DNA of 32,000 bases from Sedimentisphaera cyanobacteriorum (GCF_001997385.1 NZ_CP019633.1:1110001-1142000); one strand, 5' to 3'; shown: positions 8,544 through 18,189, numbered from the stretch's first letter. Notes: a model not told the origin generated them from the letters alone. Numbers and translations: made by a program.

Positions 8544-9620
8544 TCAGCGGTATGTTCTGAGCATATCGAGAAGGCTGGCCATATCCTGATATAACGGCGC
8601 CTCGAAGCTCATCCTCTCCCCAGTTCGGGGGTGGTTTATCTCGAGCCAGCCTGCATGGAGGGCTTGGCGGTTAATCAGAATATCCTGCGGGCTCGGCAGT
8701 TCATTCTTAATCTGCCAAGGGTAAACAACCTTCCCGCCGTATATACGGTCTGCAACTATCGGATAGCCCAAATGAGACATATGAACGCGAATCTGATGCG
8801 TTCTGCCTGTGTGTATGTCTATTTCCACATACGCATAGCCGTTGAACCTCTCAAGCACCTTATAAACCGTAATAGCCTTTTTCCCCTCTTCTGAACGGAC
8901 GGCGAATTTCTCACGAACTGTTGGGTGCGGGCCGATCATATTCTTTATCATATCGCTGTCGAGCTCAGGGGTGCCGTGCACTACAGCAAGGTATTTTTTC
9001 TTTGTAGAGCGGTTCTTGAACTGCTGGGCAAGGTTGTACTGGGCATCGTCGTTTTTAGCAACGATAATGCAGCCCGTAGTGTTTTTATCCAGCCTGTGTA
9101 CTATCCCGGGACGCATCTTCTCACTGCCGGAAGAAAGCGTTTTGCAGTGGTATGCAAGGGCATTTACAAGAGTGCCGGACTTGTAGCACCTCGCAGGGTG
9201 CACCACCATCCACGGCATTTTATTCACTACGATTATATCATCATCTTCATAGAGAATGTCAACAGGTATATCTTCAGGCACAACTTCCTGATCTACAGGA
9301 GGAGGCAGAGTAATTTGAATTATATCATCCTGATTAAGGCGGTGAGATATCTTTACCGGCTCGGCGTTGACAAGAATCTCTCCTGAACGAATCAGCCTTT
9401 GAACTAGAGTCCTTGAAAAGCAGTTGAACCGTGTGCTCATATACTGGTCTATACGCCGGAATTTGAGATTCGGACCTACCTTGAGGCAGATCTGCTCGCC
9501 GCCCTGGTAATTATCCAAAAGAATCTGGAGCTCAGTAGCGTTAGCAAACCTGCCTTCAGGCGTCCAAATCTGGTTGTCTTCTATATCTGTCTGATTGCGA
9601 TGCTTTTCGCTGGTATTCAT
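8544..9620 (-). CDS. rluD: RluA-family 23S rRNA pseudouridine synthase (RluD-like) with N-terminal S4 domain
   Basis: HRLDKNTTGCIIVAKN (catalytic Asp motif) and GRTHQIRVHMSHLGYPIVADRIYGG. An S4-like segment, RIDQYMS...SRTLVQRLIRSGEILVN, is present. Confidence 0.9.
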   Translation of the reverse strand: MNTSEKHRNQTDIEDNQIWTPEGRFANATELQILLDNYQGGEQICLKVGPNLKFRRIDQYMSTRFNCFSRTLVQRLIRSGEILVNAEPVKISHRLNQDDIIQITLPPPVDQEVVPEDIPVDILYEDDDIIVVNKMPWMVVHPARCYKSGTLVNALAYHCKTLSSGSEKMRPGIVHRLDKNTTGCIIVAKNDDAQYNLAQQFKNRSTKKKYLAVVHGTPELDSDMIKNMIGPHPTVREKFAVRSEEGKKAITVYKVLERFNGYAYVEIDIHTGRTHQIRVHMSHLGYPIVADRIYGGKVVYPWQIKNELPSPQDILINRQALHAGWLEINHPRTGERMSFEAPLYQDMASLLDMLRTYR

Positions 9621-9703
9621 AACTGTGTGAGGTTAGAATTAAAATAAATAATCTTTGACGCCGGCTTACGTATGAGGACGCCACGCATAATTCTTACCTC
9701 AAA

Positions 9704-10375
9704 TCAGGAACTTTGTTCATTTTCCTGCTCAGGAGCATTTTCAGCAAAATTGAAATCGGTTTTCAAATCTGAAATGAATTTTAATCTTTTCTCAGCAAGC
9801 TTAGGTAAAGCCGTATCGGCATATTTCTCGCTCGTAACGAGCTTGCCGAGGATGTTTGAAGCCTGATCAAACTGTTCAAGGTCTATCCTGCAAAGGGCGA
9901 TTCCAAATTTGGCCATCCCGTCCACAAGCGGGTCTTCTTGAGCAGTTTTTTCGGCCTTTTTGTACATCTCGAGCGCCTCATTTATCTCGTTTTTTTCTGC
10001 TCCCTGTTTCCAGATTGAAGCACGCATCGCATCAGCGGCCTTAACGTAAGCAAACCCCCTCTGCACGGGAGAGGTGAGATTATCTGCCTTAGAGATCGCA
10101 TCTTCTATCAGCGGGTCCAGAGCGCTTGGCTCTGCCTCACCCTGCCTGATTTCGCCGAGTTTGGTATTAACCTGCTGGAATATATCATTAACCGCCGCCT
10201 GCTGCTTAACATCCGGCCTTACAGGCTCTTCCTTGGCAAGCCACATAATTCCCGCTGCCACTATAAGGCAAATGCTGATTATTTCCCTTATATATTTCTT
10301 TATAAACCCAGGCGCTTTTTTGATAAATTCCTCAAAATCGTTACGCTTTAACTCATGGCGTTCTTCAGAATCCAT
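9704..10375 (-). CDS. Membrane-anchored TPR-like protein (YfgM-like architecture)
   Basis: 223 aa. It has a short charged N-terminus, a single TM (IISICLIVAAGIMWL) and a helical repeat-like periplasmic part. The family call rests on architecture only. Confidence 0.45.
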   Translation of the reverse strand: MDSEERHELKRNDFEEFIKKAPGFIKKYIREIISICLIVAAGIMWLAKEEPVRPDVKQQAAVNDIFQQVNTKLGEIRQGEAEPSALDPLIEDAISKADNLTSPVQRGFAYVKAADAMRASIWKQGAEKNEINEALEMYKKAEKTAQEDPLVDGMAKFGIALCRIDLEQFDQASNILGKLVTSEKYADTALPKLAEKRLKFISDLKTDFNFAENAPEQENEQSS

Positions 10376-10578
10376 TATTCAACCCTTATTAAACATCATA
10401 TTTAAATTCGATTACAAAACGGTTATTATAGAAACTTTGCTTTTGGCTTGCAATACTTGTTTAACACTTATAAAATTTAACTGGATTACAGATTACGAAA
10501 ACGCTAAAACCTCTGCACGCTTTTTTTCGTACTTATCGGCGGAAAAAGGATTAGCAGAATCAGCAACAGGAAAATAAT

Positions 10579-12369
10579 ATGCAAAGAAAAAATTTTTTAT
10601 TTATTGCCCTTTCAGCCTCTTTACTCCTTGCAGCAGGCAGCTTCTGCAAGGGTTCAGACATAGACACTTCAAAATATATGCCTCTTAAAGAAGTTAAGGC
10701 GGGTATGGAGGGTTATGCCCTTAGCGTTTACAAGGGCACGGAAATTGAAAAATTTCCCATCAGAGTTGTCAGTGTGATGGAAGACTACCGCCCCGGGCAG
10801 GACGCCTTCCTGATAATGGGCACCGGCAAGAAATTTAAGCATACAGGGCCGGTTGCCGGTTGCAGCGGTTCTCCTGTAGTAATAGAAGGCCGGATAGCCG
10901 GAGCACTGGCCTTTGGCTGGTCTTTTCCGAAAGACCCCCTTTACGGCGTAACGCCTATAGAAGAAATGCTCGCTATAGACAAGCGCAAAAAACAGCTTAA
11001 AATAATCGAATCTCCTTCAAGCATAGCCAGCCTTACAGACGACAAACTCAACTACAAGGCAATCTGCGGAAAGATTAATGCTAAAGCTTCAAGTATGCTC
11101 GGAGGTGAGGGGAGCCTGATATGCTCATCATTCAGGCCCAACACCATCTCAGGTCTTGAAGGGCTCTCGGCAGATAATATGCTTTACAATGCAGCTGGTG
11201 CGTCCAGCACTTCAAACGCCTTGCCGAATTTCGAACCCGGGTCTGTGATATGTGTTCCGCTTGTGGACGGGGATATAAAAATGAGCGTAGTGGGCACACT
11301 AACCGCAGTTGAAGACGATAAGATATTCGCATTCGGCCATCCTTTCACGGGTGAAGGCAGGGTAGAACTGCCCTTCTCGGCCGGCGTTGTGCATACGGTT
11401 GTGGCCAGTCAGCAGAGGTCGATGAAGCTTGCAAGCTCAACAATACCTGTAGGCACGCTTACAGCAGATGAAGAAACCGGCATATACGGCGAGATCGGCA
11501 AAAAACCGCCGCAGATAAAAATGACTTCAAAAATCTTTTCATACGACACCCCGAAAACAAAGGTTTATGAATGCCTGCTCGCAGACCATCAGATTTTCTC
11601 GCCAATGCTTGCTCAAAGCATTATCACCAGCACCGCTGCTAAAAATTCAGAGCCTCCCGAATTCCACTCAGTTTACTACAAAGCGGTATTAAACGTGGAA
11701 GGAATCGATGATATTGTTATCGATAATATATCAAGCGGTTCAGGGATGAGAACCGCTGCCTACGAGGTGGGCGGAATTTTAGGCTTGCTTCAAAGCAACG
11801 AATTCCACAGGCCGAAAATACACAGCATAGATTTCACCTCTCGAATTGAAAACAAAAACATACAAGCCAAGATCACTTCTGCAGAAGTTAGCGATCTGGA
11901 AATTCAACCGGGGGACAATGTAAATATCGATCTTATGCTTGAGAAAGAATTTGAAAAGGAAAAGAGAGCTCAAATTTCTCTGAAGATTCCTGAAGACACC
12001 TCTCCGGGAGAAAAGGAGATTCTTATCTCAGGGACCACTCAATACAAGGCGTTTGTAAATAAAATGGAGCCTGACAGACCGCTCTACGACGATTTCGACT
12101 CAATGATCAGCGCTATTAGAAAAGACATGAGCTTCGGGAAGCGCATTGGGCTGTATGCCTATATGAAAACCCAGCGCAGCGGCATAAGCTACGGCAAATT
12201 CAATATGGCAAACCTGCCCGACAGCAGAGCAGCTGTTATCGCTAATCCAAAACGGAATTATAAAGTACAGCCTGTTTACGACTGGATAAGCAGCAAACTT
12301 GACGTACCATACATCATAAACAACAGTATAAAAGTAAAAATAGAGATACTAAACAAGAGCGAAAAGTAA
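10579..12369 (+). CDS. Secreted peptidase S55 (SpoIVB-like) domain protein
   Basis: Signal peptide MQRKNFLFIALSASLLLAAGS. GPVAGCSGSPVVIEGRIAGALAFGW resembles the S55 catalytic-Ser block (GMSGSP). GTLTAVEDDKIFAFGHPF resembles the His block, and GVTPIEEML is also S55-like. Confidence 0.6.
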   Translation: MQRKNFLFIALSASLLLAAGSFCKGSDIDTSKYMPLKEVKAGMEGYALSVYKGTEIEKFPIRVVSVMEDYRPGQDAFLIMGTGKKFKHTGPVAGCSGSPVVIEGRIAGALAFGWSFPKDPLYGVTPIEEMLAIDKRKKQLKIIESPSSIASLTDDKLNYKAICGKINAKASSMLGGEGSLICSSFRPNTISGLEGLSADNMLYNAAGASSTSNALPNFEPGSVICVPLVDGDIKMSVVGTLTAVEDDKIFAFGHPFTGEGRVELPFSAGVVHTVVASQQRSMKLASSTIPVGTLTADEETGIYGEIGKKPPQIKMTSKIFSYDTPKTKVYECLLADHQIFSPMLAQSIITSTAAKNSEPPEFHSVYYKAVLNVEGIDDIVIDNISSGSGMRTAAYEVGGILGLLQSNEFHRPKIHSIDFTSRIENKNIQAKITSAEVSDLEIQPGDNVNIDLMLEKEFEKEKRAQISLKIPEDTSPGEKEILISGTTQYKAFVNKMEPDRPLYDDFDSMISAIRKDMSFGKRIGLYAYMKTQRSGISYGKFNMANLPDSRAAVIANPKRNYKVQPVYDWISSKLDVPYIINNSIKVKIEILNKSEK

Positions 12370-12382
12370 CGGGAGAACCTTA

Positions 12383-14599
12383 ATGAGATACGCCGGAAAA
12401 ATTTTATTCTGCATAGCTTTTACAGCCTCAGCATTTGCAGTAAATTCAAAACTTTACAAATTCGACACAGCAATGGATTTTACTGCCGGTGAAACCGAAA
12501 ACACGGCAATAGATTCCGAGGGAACTCTGCACCTAAACAAGAAGCATAAACTGCTTGCTGATAAGCTGGAAGATGTATGGGCAGTAAATGATATAGTTGT
12601 TATTGAAGGCGAGGTCTTCGCTGGTACAAGCCCGAATGCAGGACTTTTCAGAATCACTGATAAAAAAGCTGAATCTGTTTACCGCTCTGAAAATAAAGAT
12701 GCCAAGCCCGTTGGGCCCGTAAAAGAAGAAAACGGCGAAAAAGAGGATAAGGCTGATAAGAGCAAGTCAGAAGAAAAAGAACAGGTTGTAAACGAACATA
12801 TCTTTGCTGTTGAGAAAGGCTTTGAGGGCAAGCTAACCGCAGGAATCAGCGGGGAAGAATGCAGGATTCTGGAATTCGAAAAAGACCTCAGCAACCCTGA
12901 TACTCTCTGCAAAATTGAAGATGCGGCCTTTATATTCGACCTCAAATTTCATAACAACAGCCTTTATGCTGCCACAGGGCCGAATGGCAAGATTTTTAAG
13001 ATATCTCCCGAAGGTGAGACAGAGGTATTCTTCGACAGCATAGACCGCGGGATAACCGTTATGGCTTTTCATAAAGGCAAGCTCTATGCCGGCACGGATA
13101 AAAGAGGCCTGCTCTACTGCATTGATATGGAATCTAAAAAGGGAAGAGCTCTTTTCGACTCGCCTGAGATGGACATAACATCAATAAATTTTGATGATGA
13201 AGACAACATCTACATAACAGCAGCAATTGAAGACCCTTCTGCTGAAAGCAGCAACGGAGCTGATATGCCCGGTTATATGCCTCCGCACCCCAAGGAAAGC
13301 AAAGATGAGAAGGACGAAAAGCTTTTCACCCTCCAAAACGGCGGCCTGCGTTTGAAACTCGCAGCCACTGCCAAAAAAGACATGCTTGAGCGGAAAGAAA
13401 ACGGAGGCGATCAGAAAGAAAAGGTAAAAAGCGCTTTATACAAAATAGCTCCGGACGGAATCGTTTCTGTTCTCGGGAAAGGCAGCGGCGTTTTTCTCGA
13501 TTCTATAATGCACAAAGGCAGGCTGTGGGTAGCTGACGGCAAAGACGCTTCGCTCTCACAAATCGACACCGATAAGATAGTAATCGAAAATGTTTACAGG
13601 GATAAGGTGTCCTCTGAGATCACCTCTCTTTACACCTCGGGCGGCAAAATCTATGCTGCCACAGCAAATCCGCCGCGCATTATTGAATTTTACAAAGGAC
13701 TCAGCTCTGAAGGCTGGTGGCAGTCTGATACGATAGATGCCAAACAGCCTTCGAAATGGGGCTCTGTAAAGCTGGAGGCAAAAATTCCGGAGGGATGCGA
13801 AATTCAGTTCTCCTCGAGGGGTACAAACGTGCAGAACGCAAGAGAAGAAGATTTCACCGAATGGACAAAACCGCTGTCTGCTCAAAGCGAAAAGCCTGCA
13901 ATCGAAGGCAGCCACAGATTCCTTCAGCTTAAGCTGATGCTCAAGGGAATGGAAAACCGCTCGCCGAAGGTGAATGCCGCGGCAGTGGCGAGCGTTGTAA
14001 GGAATATTAAGCCGGTAGTGGCGGCGCCTATGATAAAATCCGAAGAGAAGAAAACCGAGGCCGTTATCGCAATACCTGCCAAAGACGAAAACGACGATGA
14101 GCTCGTATTCAGCATTGATATACAGGGCGAAGATTCGAAGAGATGGGTGAATATCGAAAAAGACCACAAGGAAAAGAAGTTCAAGTGGGACACATCAACC
14201 GTACCGGACGGAATCTACAAGCTCAGGGTTACAGCGAGCGACAGGCTCAGTAACGGTCCGGAAAATGCTCTGGAATCAGTGAGCACAGAAACTGAATACA
14301 TCGTTGACAACACCCCGCCTGTATGCACCGGACAGAAGGCTGCAGTTGAGGGGAAGAAAGCAGAAATAAATTTTGAGCTTACAGACAAATATACCGTTAT
14401 AGGCAAAGTGAGCTATACGCTCAACAGCAGTGATGACTGGAATACAGTGATCCCCGATGACTTGCTCGCTGACTCTAAGAAAGAATCTTTTACGATAAAC
14501 TTAAGCGGACTCGAAAAAGGCGATAACATCCTTGCTGTCAAATACGCCGACGAGGCTGGAAACAGCGCTTATGAACGTTTTGTACTGGAAGCGGAATGA
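12383..14599 (+). CDS. Large secreted protein: beta-propeller-like repeats, K/E-rich linkers, Ig-like C-terminal region; unknown function
   Basis: 738 aa with signal peptide MRYAGKILFCIAFTASAFA. The motif G.LYAAT/AGT..G.I..I recurs. The low-complexity KEENGEKEDKADKSKSEEKE is present. The start is 13 nt after the S55 gene with a GGGAGA RBS. Confidence 0.7.
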   Translation: MRYAGKILFCIAFTASAFAVNSKLYKFDTAMDFTAGETENTAIDSEGTLHLNKKHKLLADKLEDVWAVNDIVVIEGEVFAGTSPNAGLFRITDKKAESVYRSENKDAKPVGPVKEENGEKEDKADKSKSEEKEQVVNEHIFAVEKGFEGKLTAGISGEECRILEFEKDLSNPDTLCKIEDAAFIFDLKFHNNSLYAATGPNGKIFKISPEGETEVFFDSIDRGITVMAFHKGKLYAGTDKRGLLYCIDMESKKGRALFDSPEMDITSINFDDEDNIYITAAIEDPSAESSNGADMPGYMPPHPKESKDEKDEKLFTLQNGGLRLKLAATAKKDMLERKENGGDQKEKVKSALYKIAPDGIVSVLGKGSGVFLDSIMHKGRLWVADGKDASLSQIDTDKIVIENVYRDKVSSEITSLYTSGGKIYAATANPPRIIEFYKGLSSEGWWQSDTIDAKQPSKWGSVKLEAKIPEGCEIQFSSRGTNVQNAREEDFTEWTKPLSAQSEKPAIEGSHRFLQLKLMLKGMENRSPKVNAAAVASVVRNIKPVVAAPMIKSEEKKTEAVIAIPAKDENDDELVFSIDIQGEDSKRWVNIEKDHKEKKFKWDTSTVPDGIYKLRVTASDRLSNGPENALESVSTETEYIVDNTPPVCTGQKAAVEGKKAEINFELTDKYTVIGKVSYTLNSSDDWNTVIPDDLLADSKKESFTINLSGLEKGDNILAVKYADEAGNSAYERFVLEAE

Positions 14600-15465
14600 G
14601 CATCAGAACAGTTCAATATTTCCGTGTTGTACAAGCAGTTAGGCAGCTCTGCATAGACAGCTGCTATGAGCTCGGGGAAGACGTGCTGGATGCCTTAAAG
14701 CAGGCCTTGGAAAACGAGACAAACCCCACTGCAAAGAGCGTATTGGAAAAGCTTTTGCAGAATGCTCAAATCGCATCAAATGAGCGGATTCCGATATGCC
14801 AGGATACCGGCTTGGCCGTTTTTTTCGCAGAGCAGGGAGCAGATGTCAGAATCTGCCCGCCGGAGGATAAGCCTGAGGCAGCACTCGAAGATGCAATCAA
14901 TGAGGGAGTTAGGCTTGGATACACCGAAGGACTTCTGAGAAAGAGCGTAGTGTCAGAGCCGCTTTTCAGCAGAGAGAACACCGGCGATAACACCCCTGCA
15001 ATTATACACCACAAAATAACTTCGGGCGATAAACTCGAAATATCCGTTATAACAAAAGGCGGCGGCTGCGAGAACAAAAGCCGGTTTAAGATGTTCAACC
15101 CCACCGCCTCAGCGGAAGAGGTAGGCCAGTGGATCTGCAGAACAGCTCAGGAAGCGGGGGCTAATGCGTGTCCTCCGTTTGTGATTGGCGTGGGAATTGG
15201 CGGAGATTTTGAGCTGTCTGCGATTTTGAGCAAGAAGGCTCTTCTGCGCAGCCTTAAAGACAAAAATCCAAACGAAAAATACGCCAAACTCGAAGATGAA
15301 CTTCTCGAAAAGATAAATCAGACCAACGTTGGGCCTCAGGGCTTCGGGGGACTTACCACAGCCCTCGGCGTAAAGATTGAATACGCCCCCTGCCATATAG
15401 CATCCCTGCCTGTTTCAGTGAATATTGAGTGTCATGCGCACCGGCACAAAAGCGTAAGCCTTTAG
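14596..15465 (+). CDS. Fe-S hydro-lyase alpha subunit (class I fumarate hydratase / L(+)-tartrate dehydratase alpha)
   Basis: 289 aa. IPICQDTGLAVFF and VITKGGGCENKS are hallmark motifs of the class I fumarase N-terminal (alpha) domain. The ATG overlaps the upstream stop (ATGA). Confidence 0.85.
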   Translation: MSIRTVQYFRVVQAVRQLCIDSCYELGEDVLDALKQALENETNPTAKSVLEKLLQNAQIASNERIPICQDTGLAVFFAEQGADVRICPPEDKPEAALEDAINEGVRLGYTEGLLRKSVVSEPLFSRENTGDNTPAIIHHKITSGDKLEISVITKGGGCENKSRFKMFNPTASAEEVGQWICRTAQEAGANACPPFVIGVGIGGDFELSAILSKKALLRSLKDKNPNEKYAKLEDELLEKINQTNVGPQGFGGLTTALGVKIEYAPCHIASLPVSVNIECHAHRHKSVSL

Positions 15466-15470
15466 TGAGG

Positions 15471-16463
15471 TCATCTTTTTCTGTTCCTGCTTGCCGCCTT
15501 TACAACAAGCTGCTCAATTTCCACCTTCACCCTCGCCTGGCCGGTTTTGCTCTGGTAGTCTATCCTTCTAAGAGCCTGTATAACCTCTGCGATATTCACT
15601 AAAGGCCAGTTTCTCAGTCCTCTGAAAAACTCTTGGCGTTTGTATCTTATGCCCAGAGCCTGCCCCGCTCCAGCCTCGCTTTCGCCTTTGCCCAGCATAG
15701 CCTTGGCCTTAAACATACGCCTGAAATGAAACGCAAACGCGCCTACCGCTGTGTATTCTGCGTCTTTATCTGAGGCGAATAGATTCCTCAGTCTGCTCAC
15801 TGCCTGCCCCGCCTGCCCGCTGGACATCGCATCAATAACATTAAACACCCCGAAGGTTCTGTTCGCCCCGCAGAGGGCTTCTACGTCCTGGTCTGTAATG
15901 GTATCTCTATCGCCTGTATAAACAGCGAGCTTTTCAACCTCGTTTGCTATCATCTGAGGCTCTTCGCCCGCAAATTCAATGATAAGCCGACCGGTTGCTG
16001 CGGAGAGTTTCTTGCCGCAGTTTGCCTTTGCATACTCGGAAGGATAAGAAACTATCTCTTTGAATGAGGGCTTGCTGACCTGCCTCAAATCGCCGGCAGA
16101 TTTTATCTTTTTGGCAATTCTCGTATTGCTCCTCAGAGCAGAAGCCGTGAGAACAAGAATGCCCTTAGAGGCTGGCGAATCAAGATATTTTATCAGAAGC
16201 TCTGAATTGGAGCTGATAAAATTATCCGCCTGCCTTATCAGCACAACCTTCCTATCGGCAAGAAATGCCGGGGTTCTGAGCTCATCGAGAACCTCAGAGG
16301 CCTGAGTCTTATCGGGGTCTAAAACAACAAGCCCCATCTCCTGAGACTCAGGGGGGATAAGGGAGTTCACAAGCTTATCACAATCTTTGTTTACAAGAAA
16401 GGAATCCTTGCCCACAACTGCGTAAACCGGCGATAATTTTGTTTTGGTCTGTGCTTTTGCCAT
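15471..16463 (-). CDS. holA: DNA polymerase III subunit delta
   Basis: 330 aa. The N-terminal PVYAVVGKDSFLVNK... and overall length and pattern are typical of HolA. Confidence 0.8.
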   Translation of the reverse strand: MAKAQTKTKLSPVYAVVGKDSFLVNKDCDKLVNSLIPPESQEMGLVVLDPDKTQASEVLDELRTPAFLADRKVVLIRQADNFISSNSELLIKYLDSPASKGILVLTASALRSNTRIAKKIKSAGDLRQVSKPSFKEIVSYPSEYAKANCGKKLSAATGRLIIEFAGEEPQMIANEVEKLAVYTGDRDTITDQDVEALCGANRTFGVFNVIDAMSSGQAGQAVSRLRNLFASDKDAEYTAVGAFAFHFRRMFKAKAMLGKGESEAGAGQALGIRYKRQEFFRGLRNWPLVNIAEVIQALRRIDYQSKTGQARVKVEIEQLVVKAASRNRKR

Positions 16464-16549
16464 ACGCTAAATGATATTGTTTATAATCGATGCTTCAATT
16501 AAATTACCAAACTATTGAAGGGTTTGTCCGAACTTTATGAACAAGCCCC

Positions 16550-17809
16550 CTAAACAGCTGCAGAAGCTGCGGCGGCAGCCGAAACGTTATGCAGAGTTCC
16601 ACATTTGGGGCATTTTACTTTCTCGTGCTTATAATCCGGCGGTATCTTCAGCTTGAGCCCGCAATTGCATGTCAGGAATCTGAAGCTGTTTGCGGCCATA
16701 ATCATATTTCCGACTTCCCTTGCCTTTTCTTTTCCGCTCATTTCATTGAGCCTCTCGGCGGGCGAGCGTTTTGAAACAGCCTGCTCCTTTTCGAGCTCAC
16801 CCTGCGGGATAAGGCTGGATTTTTTACCCTCATGCGCTTGTGAATAAGATTTCTGATAATCCTTGTATGACGCTCCATGGCTCATATTGCGGAGGATTCG
16901 AATTCTCTCTTCTGTAGGAGGATGCGTGCTTGAGAGCGAGCTGAATTTCATCGCATTGCCCTCTTGAGGATTGTAGATATACATCGGCGCCTTAACCTTG
17001 CTGGTTTTCTCGGGGACAACCTTGCCCTTGGAAATCTTATCCAGAGCGTTTGCGAGACCTTCAGGATATCTTGTAAGCCTTGCAGCCGAGGCGTCCGCTA
17101 GATACTCGCGTTTTCTCGAGATTGAAAAATACATAAGCTGAGCGAGGATTGGAGCGAGAATCGCAAGCACAAGAGCAAGCAGAAGCATTGCAACCTGAGC
17201 GCCTCCGCCACCGCCGCCGGAAGATCTGTTTCTGGAGGAATACCTCCCGCCACCTCCGAGCATACCAAAACGGAATGTCCAGAGAAGCCCCTCGGACAGG
17301 AAGACTATCGTGCCGAGCATTATCCCGCAGTATGTCATATACAGAACGTCGCGGTGGAGAATGTGGGACATCTCGTGCGCAACAACGCCCTGAAGCTCGT
17401 CCCTGTTCAAACGGGACATAAGACCTGAGGTTACCGTAACGCAGGCGTTCTCGGGCTTTGTGCCTGTTGCAAAGGCGTTCATATGATTTTCCGGAATCAC
17501 ATACACCTTAGGCATAGCAGGCAGACCTGAGGCAATCTTCATCTCCTCTACCACGTTGTAGAGCTGGGGGTAGTTTTCTTTGGTAACCTCAACCGCCCTG
17601 CTGCCGGCAAGAAAAACCTTTCCCCCCGAAGCAGCGGCAATCAGAAATTGAACCAGCCATATCACAAAGGCTGCAAGAATGCCGAAATACCCGCCGTAAA
17701 CGGGATCAATATACATACCGATAAACCAGCCGAGAAAAAGCATAAAACCAAACATAACGGTTATTAGAAAGGCTGATTTTCGTTTATTCGCTCTGATAAG
17801 TTCCCACAT
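16550..17809 (-). CDS. M48-family zinc metalloprotease (HtpX-like) with C-terminal zinc ribbon
   Basis: HEMSH (HExxH) at 17363..17377. There are N-terminal TM helices and further TMs around a Gly-rich loop. The C-terminal CNCG...CPKCG ribbon lies at 16601..16669. The ATG at 17809 is preferred over the TTG at 17812. Confidence 0.85.
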   Translation of the reverse strand: MWELIRANKRKSAFLITVMFGFMLFLGWFIGMYIDPVYGGYFGILAAFVIWLVQFLIAAASGGKVFLAGSRAVEVTKENYPQLYNVVEEMKIASGLPAMPKVYVIPENHMNAFATGTKPENACVTVTSGLMSRLNRDELQGVVAHEMSHILHRDVLYMTYCGIMLGTIVFLSEGLLWTFRFGMLGGGGRYSSRNRSSGGGGGGAQVAMLLLALVLAILAPILAQLMYFSISRKREYLADASAARLTRYPEGLANALDKISKGKVVPEKTSKVKAPMYIYNPQEGNAMKFSSLSSTHPPTEERIRILRNMSHGASYKDYQKSYSQAHEGKKSSLIPQGELEKEQAVSKRSPAERLNEMSGKEKAREVGNMIMAANSFRFLTCNCGLKLKIPPDYKHEKVKCPKCGTLHNVSAAAAASAAV

Positions 17810-17863
17810 CAAAAATATCCCTTAGACCGCTTCAAAAGCGTGCAATCCTGTTTTAATAAAATT

Positions 17864-18169
17864 TCATCCCGTAGATTTCACAATAGGCCCAACATCATAG
17901 ATTCGGTTTTTCTGCTTTTGCGCGGCCAAATCGTAAGTTATCTGCCCGTTGAGCCAGAACTGAGCCGTAGCTCCAAACGCCTGAGAAAGCAGCGATGCGG
18001 TTTGCGGACTCACAGACCGCCTGCCTCTGCAAATCTCATTTACCCTGCGCAGAGCTGCGATAATATGTTTTGCCAGCTGCGTCTGGGTGATACCCAGCGG
18101 AGTTAGAAACTCTTCCTGCAAAATCCTGCCCGGGTGAAAGGGAATTGCCGGCAAATCTGAAAGTTTCAT
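17864..18169 (-). CDS. higA: HigA-family antitoxin-like XRE HTH protein
   Basis: MKLSDLPAIPFHPGRILQEEFLTPLGITQTQLAKHI...FGATAQFWLNGQITYDL matches the HigA pattern (HPGE.L.EEFL.PLG..Q..LA ... FW.N.Q..YDL). The ATG at 18169 is preceded by GAGGTG. The ORF-track extension to 18250 overlaps lemA. Confidence 0.8.
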   Translation of the reverse strand: MKLSDLPAIPFHPGRILQEEFLTPLGITQTQLAKHIIAALRRVNEICRGRRSVSPQTASLLSQAFGATAQFWLNGQITYDLAAQKQKNRIYDVGPIVKSTG

Positions 18170-18189
18170 CTTTACACCTCTAAAATTTA

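Noticed and set aside
8542-8544. Convergent gene ends only 1 nt apart (also 15465/15471) with no terminator hairpins
   Set aside because: This is simply compact genome organisation; nothing structural is visible in the junctions.
10074-10577. 167-aa plus-strand ORF spanning the TPR-like gene and the divergent intergenic region
   Set aside because: It is mostly antisense to 9704..10375, has no RBS or recognisable motif, and its Ser/Leu/Ile-rich sequence looks like shadow-ORF translation. The remaining part lies in an AT-rich promoter region.
12454-14406. Minus-strand ORFs (63-203 aa, including 13556..14167) inside the 738-aa secreted-protein gene
   Set aside because: They are antisense to a long ORF with a good signal peptide, RBS and repeat structure. 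The translations are Arg/Phe/Cys/Ser-rich low-information sequence.
17201-17218. GGC/GGT/GGA codon run (Gly6) as a possible slippage-prone simple repeat
   Set aside because: The codons are mixed rather than a pure repeat. The run is in frame within a conserved protease gene, and there is no sign of a frameshift.
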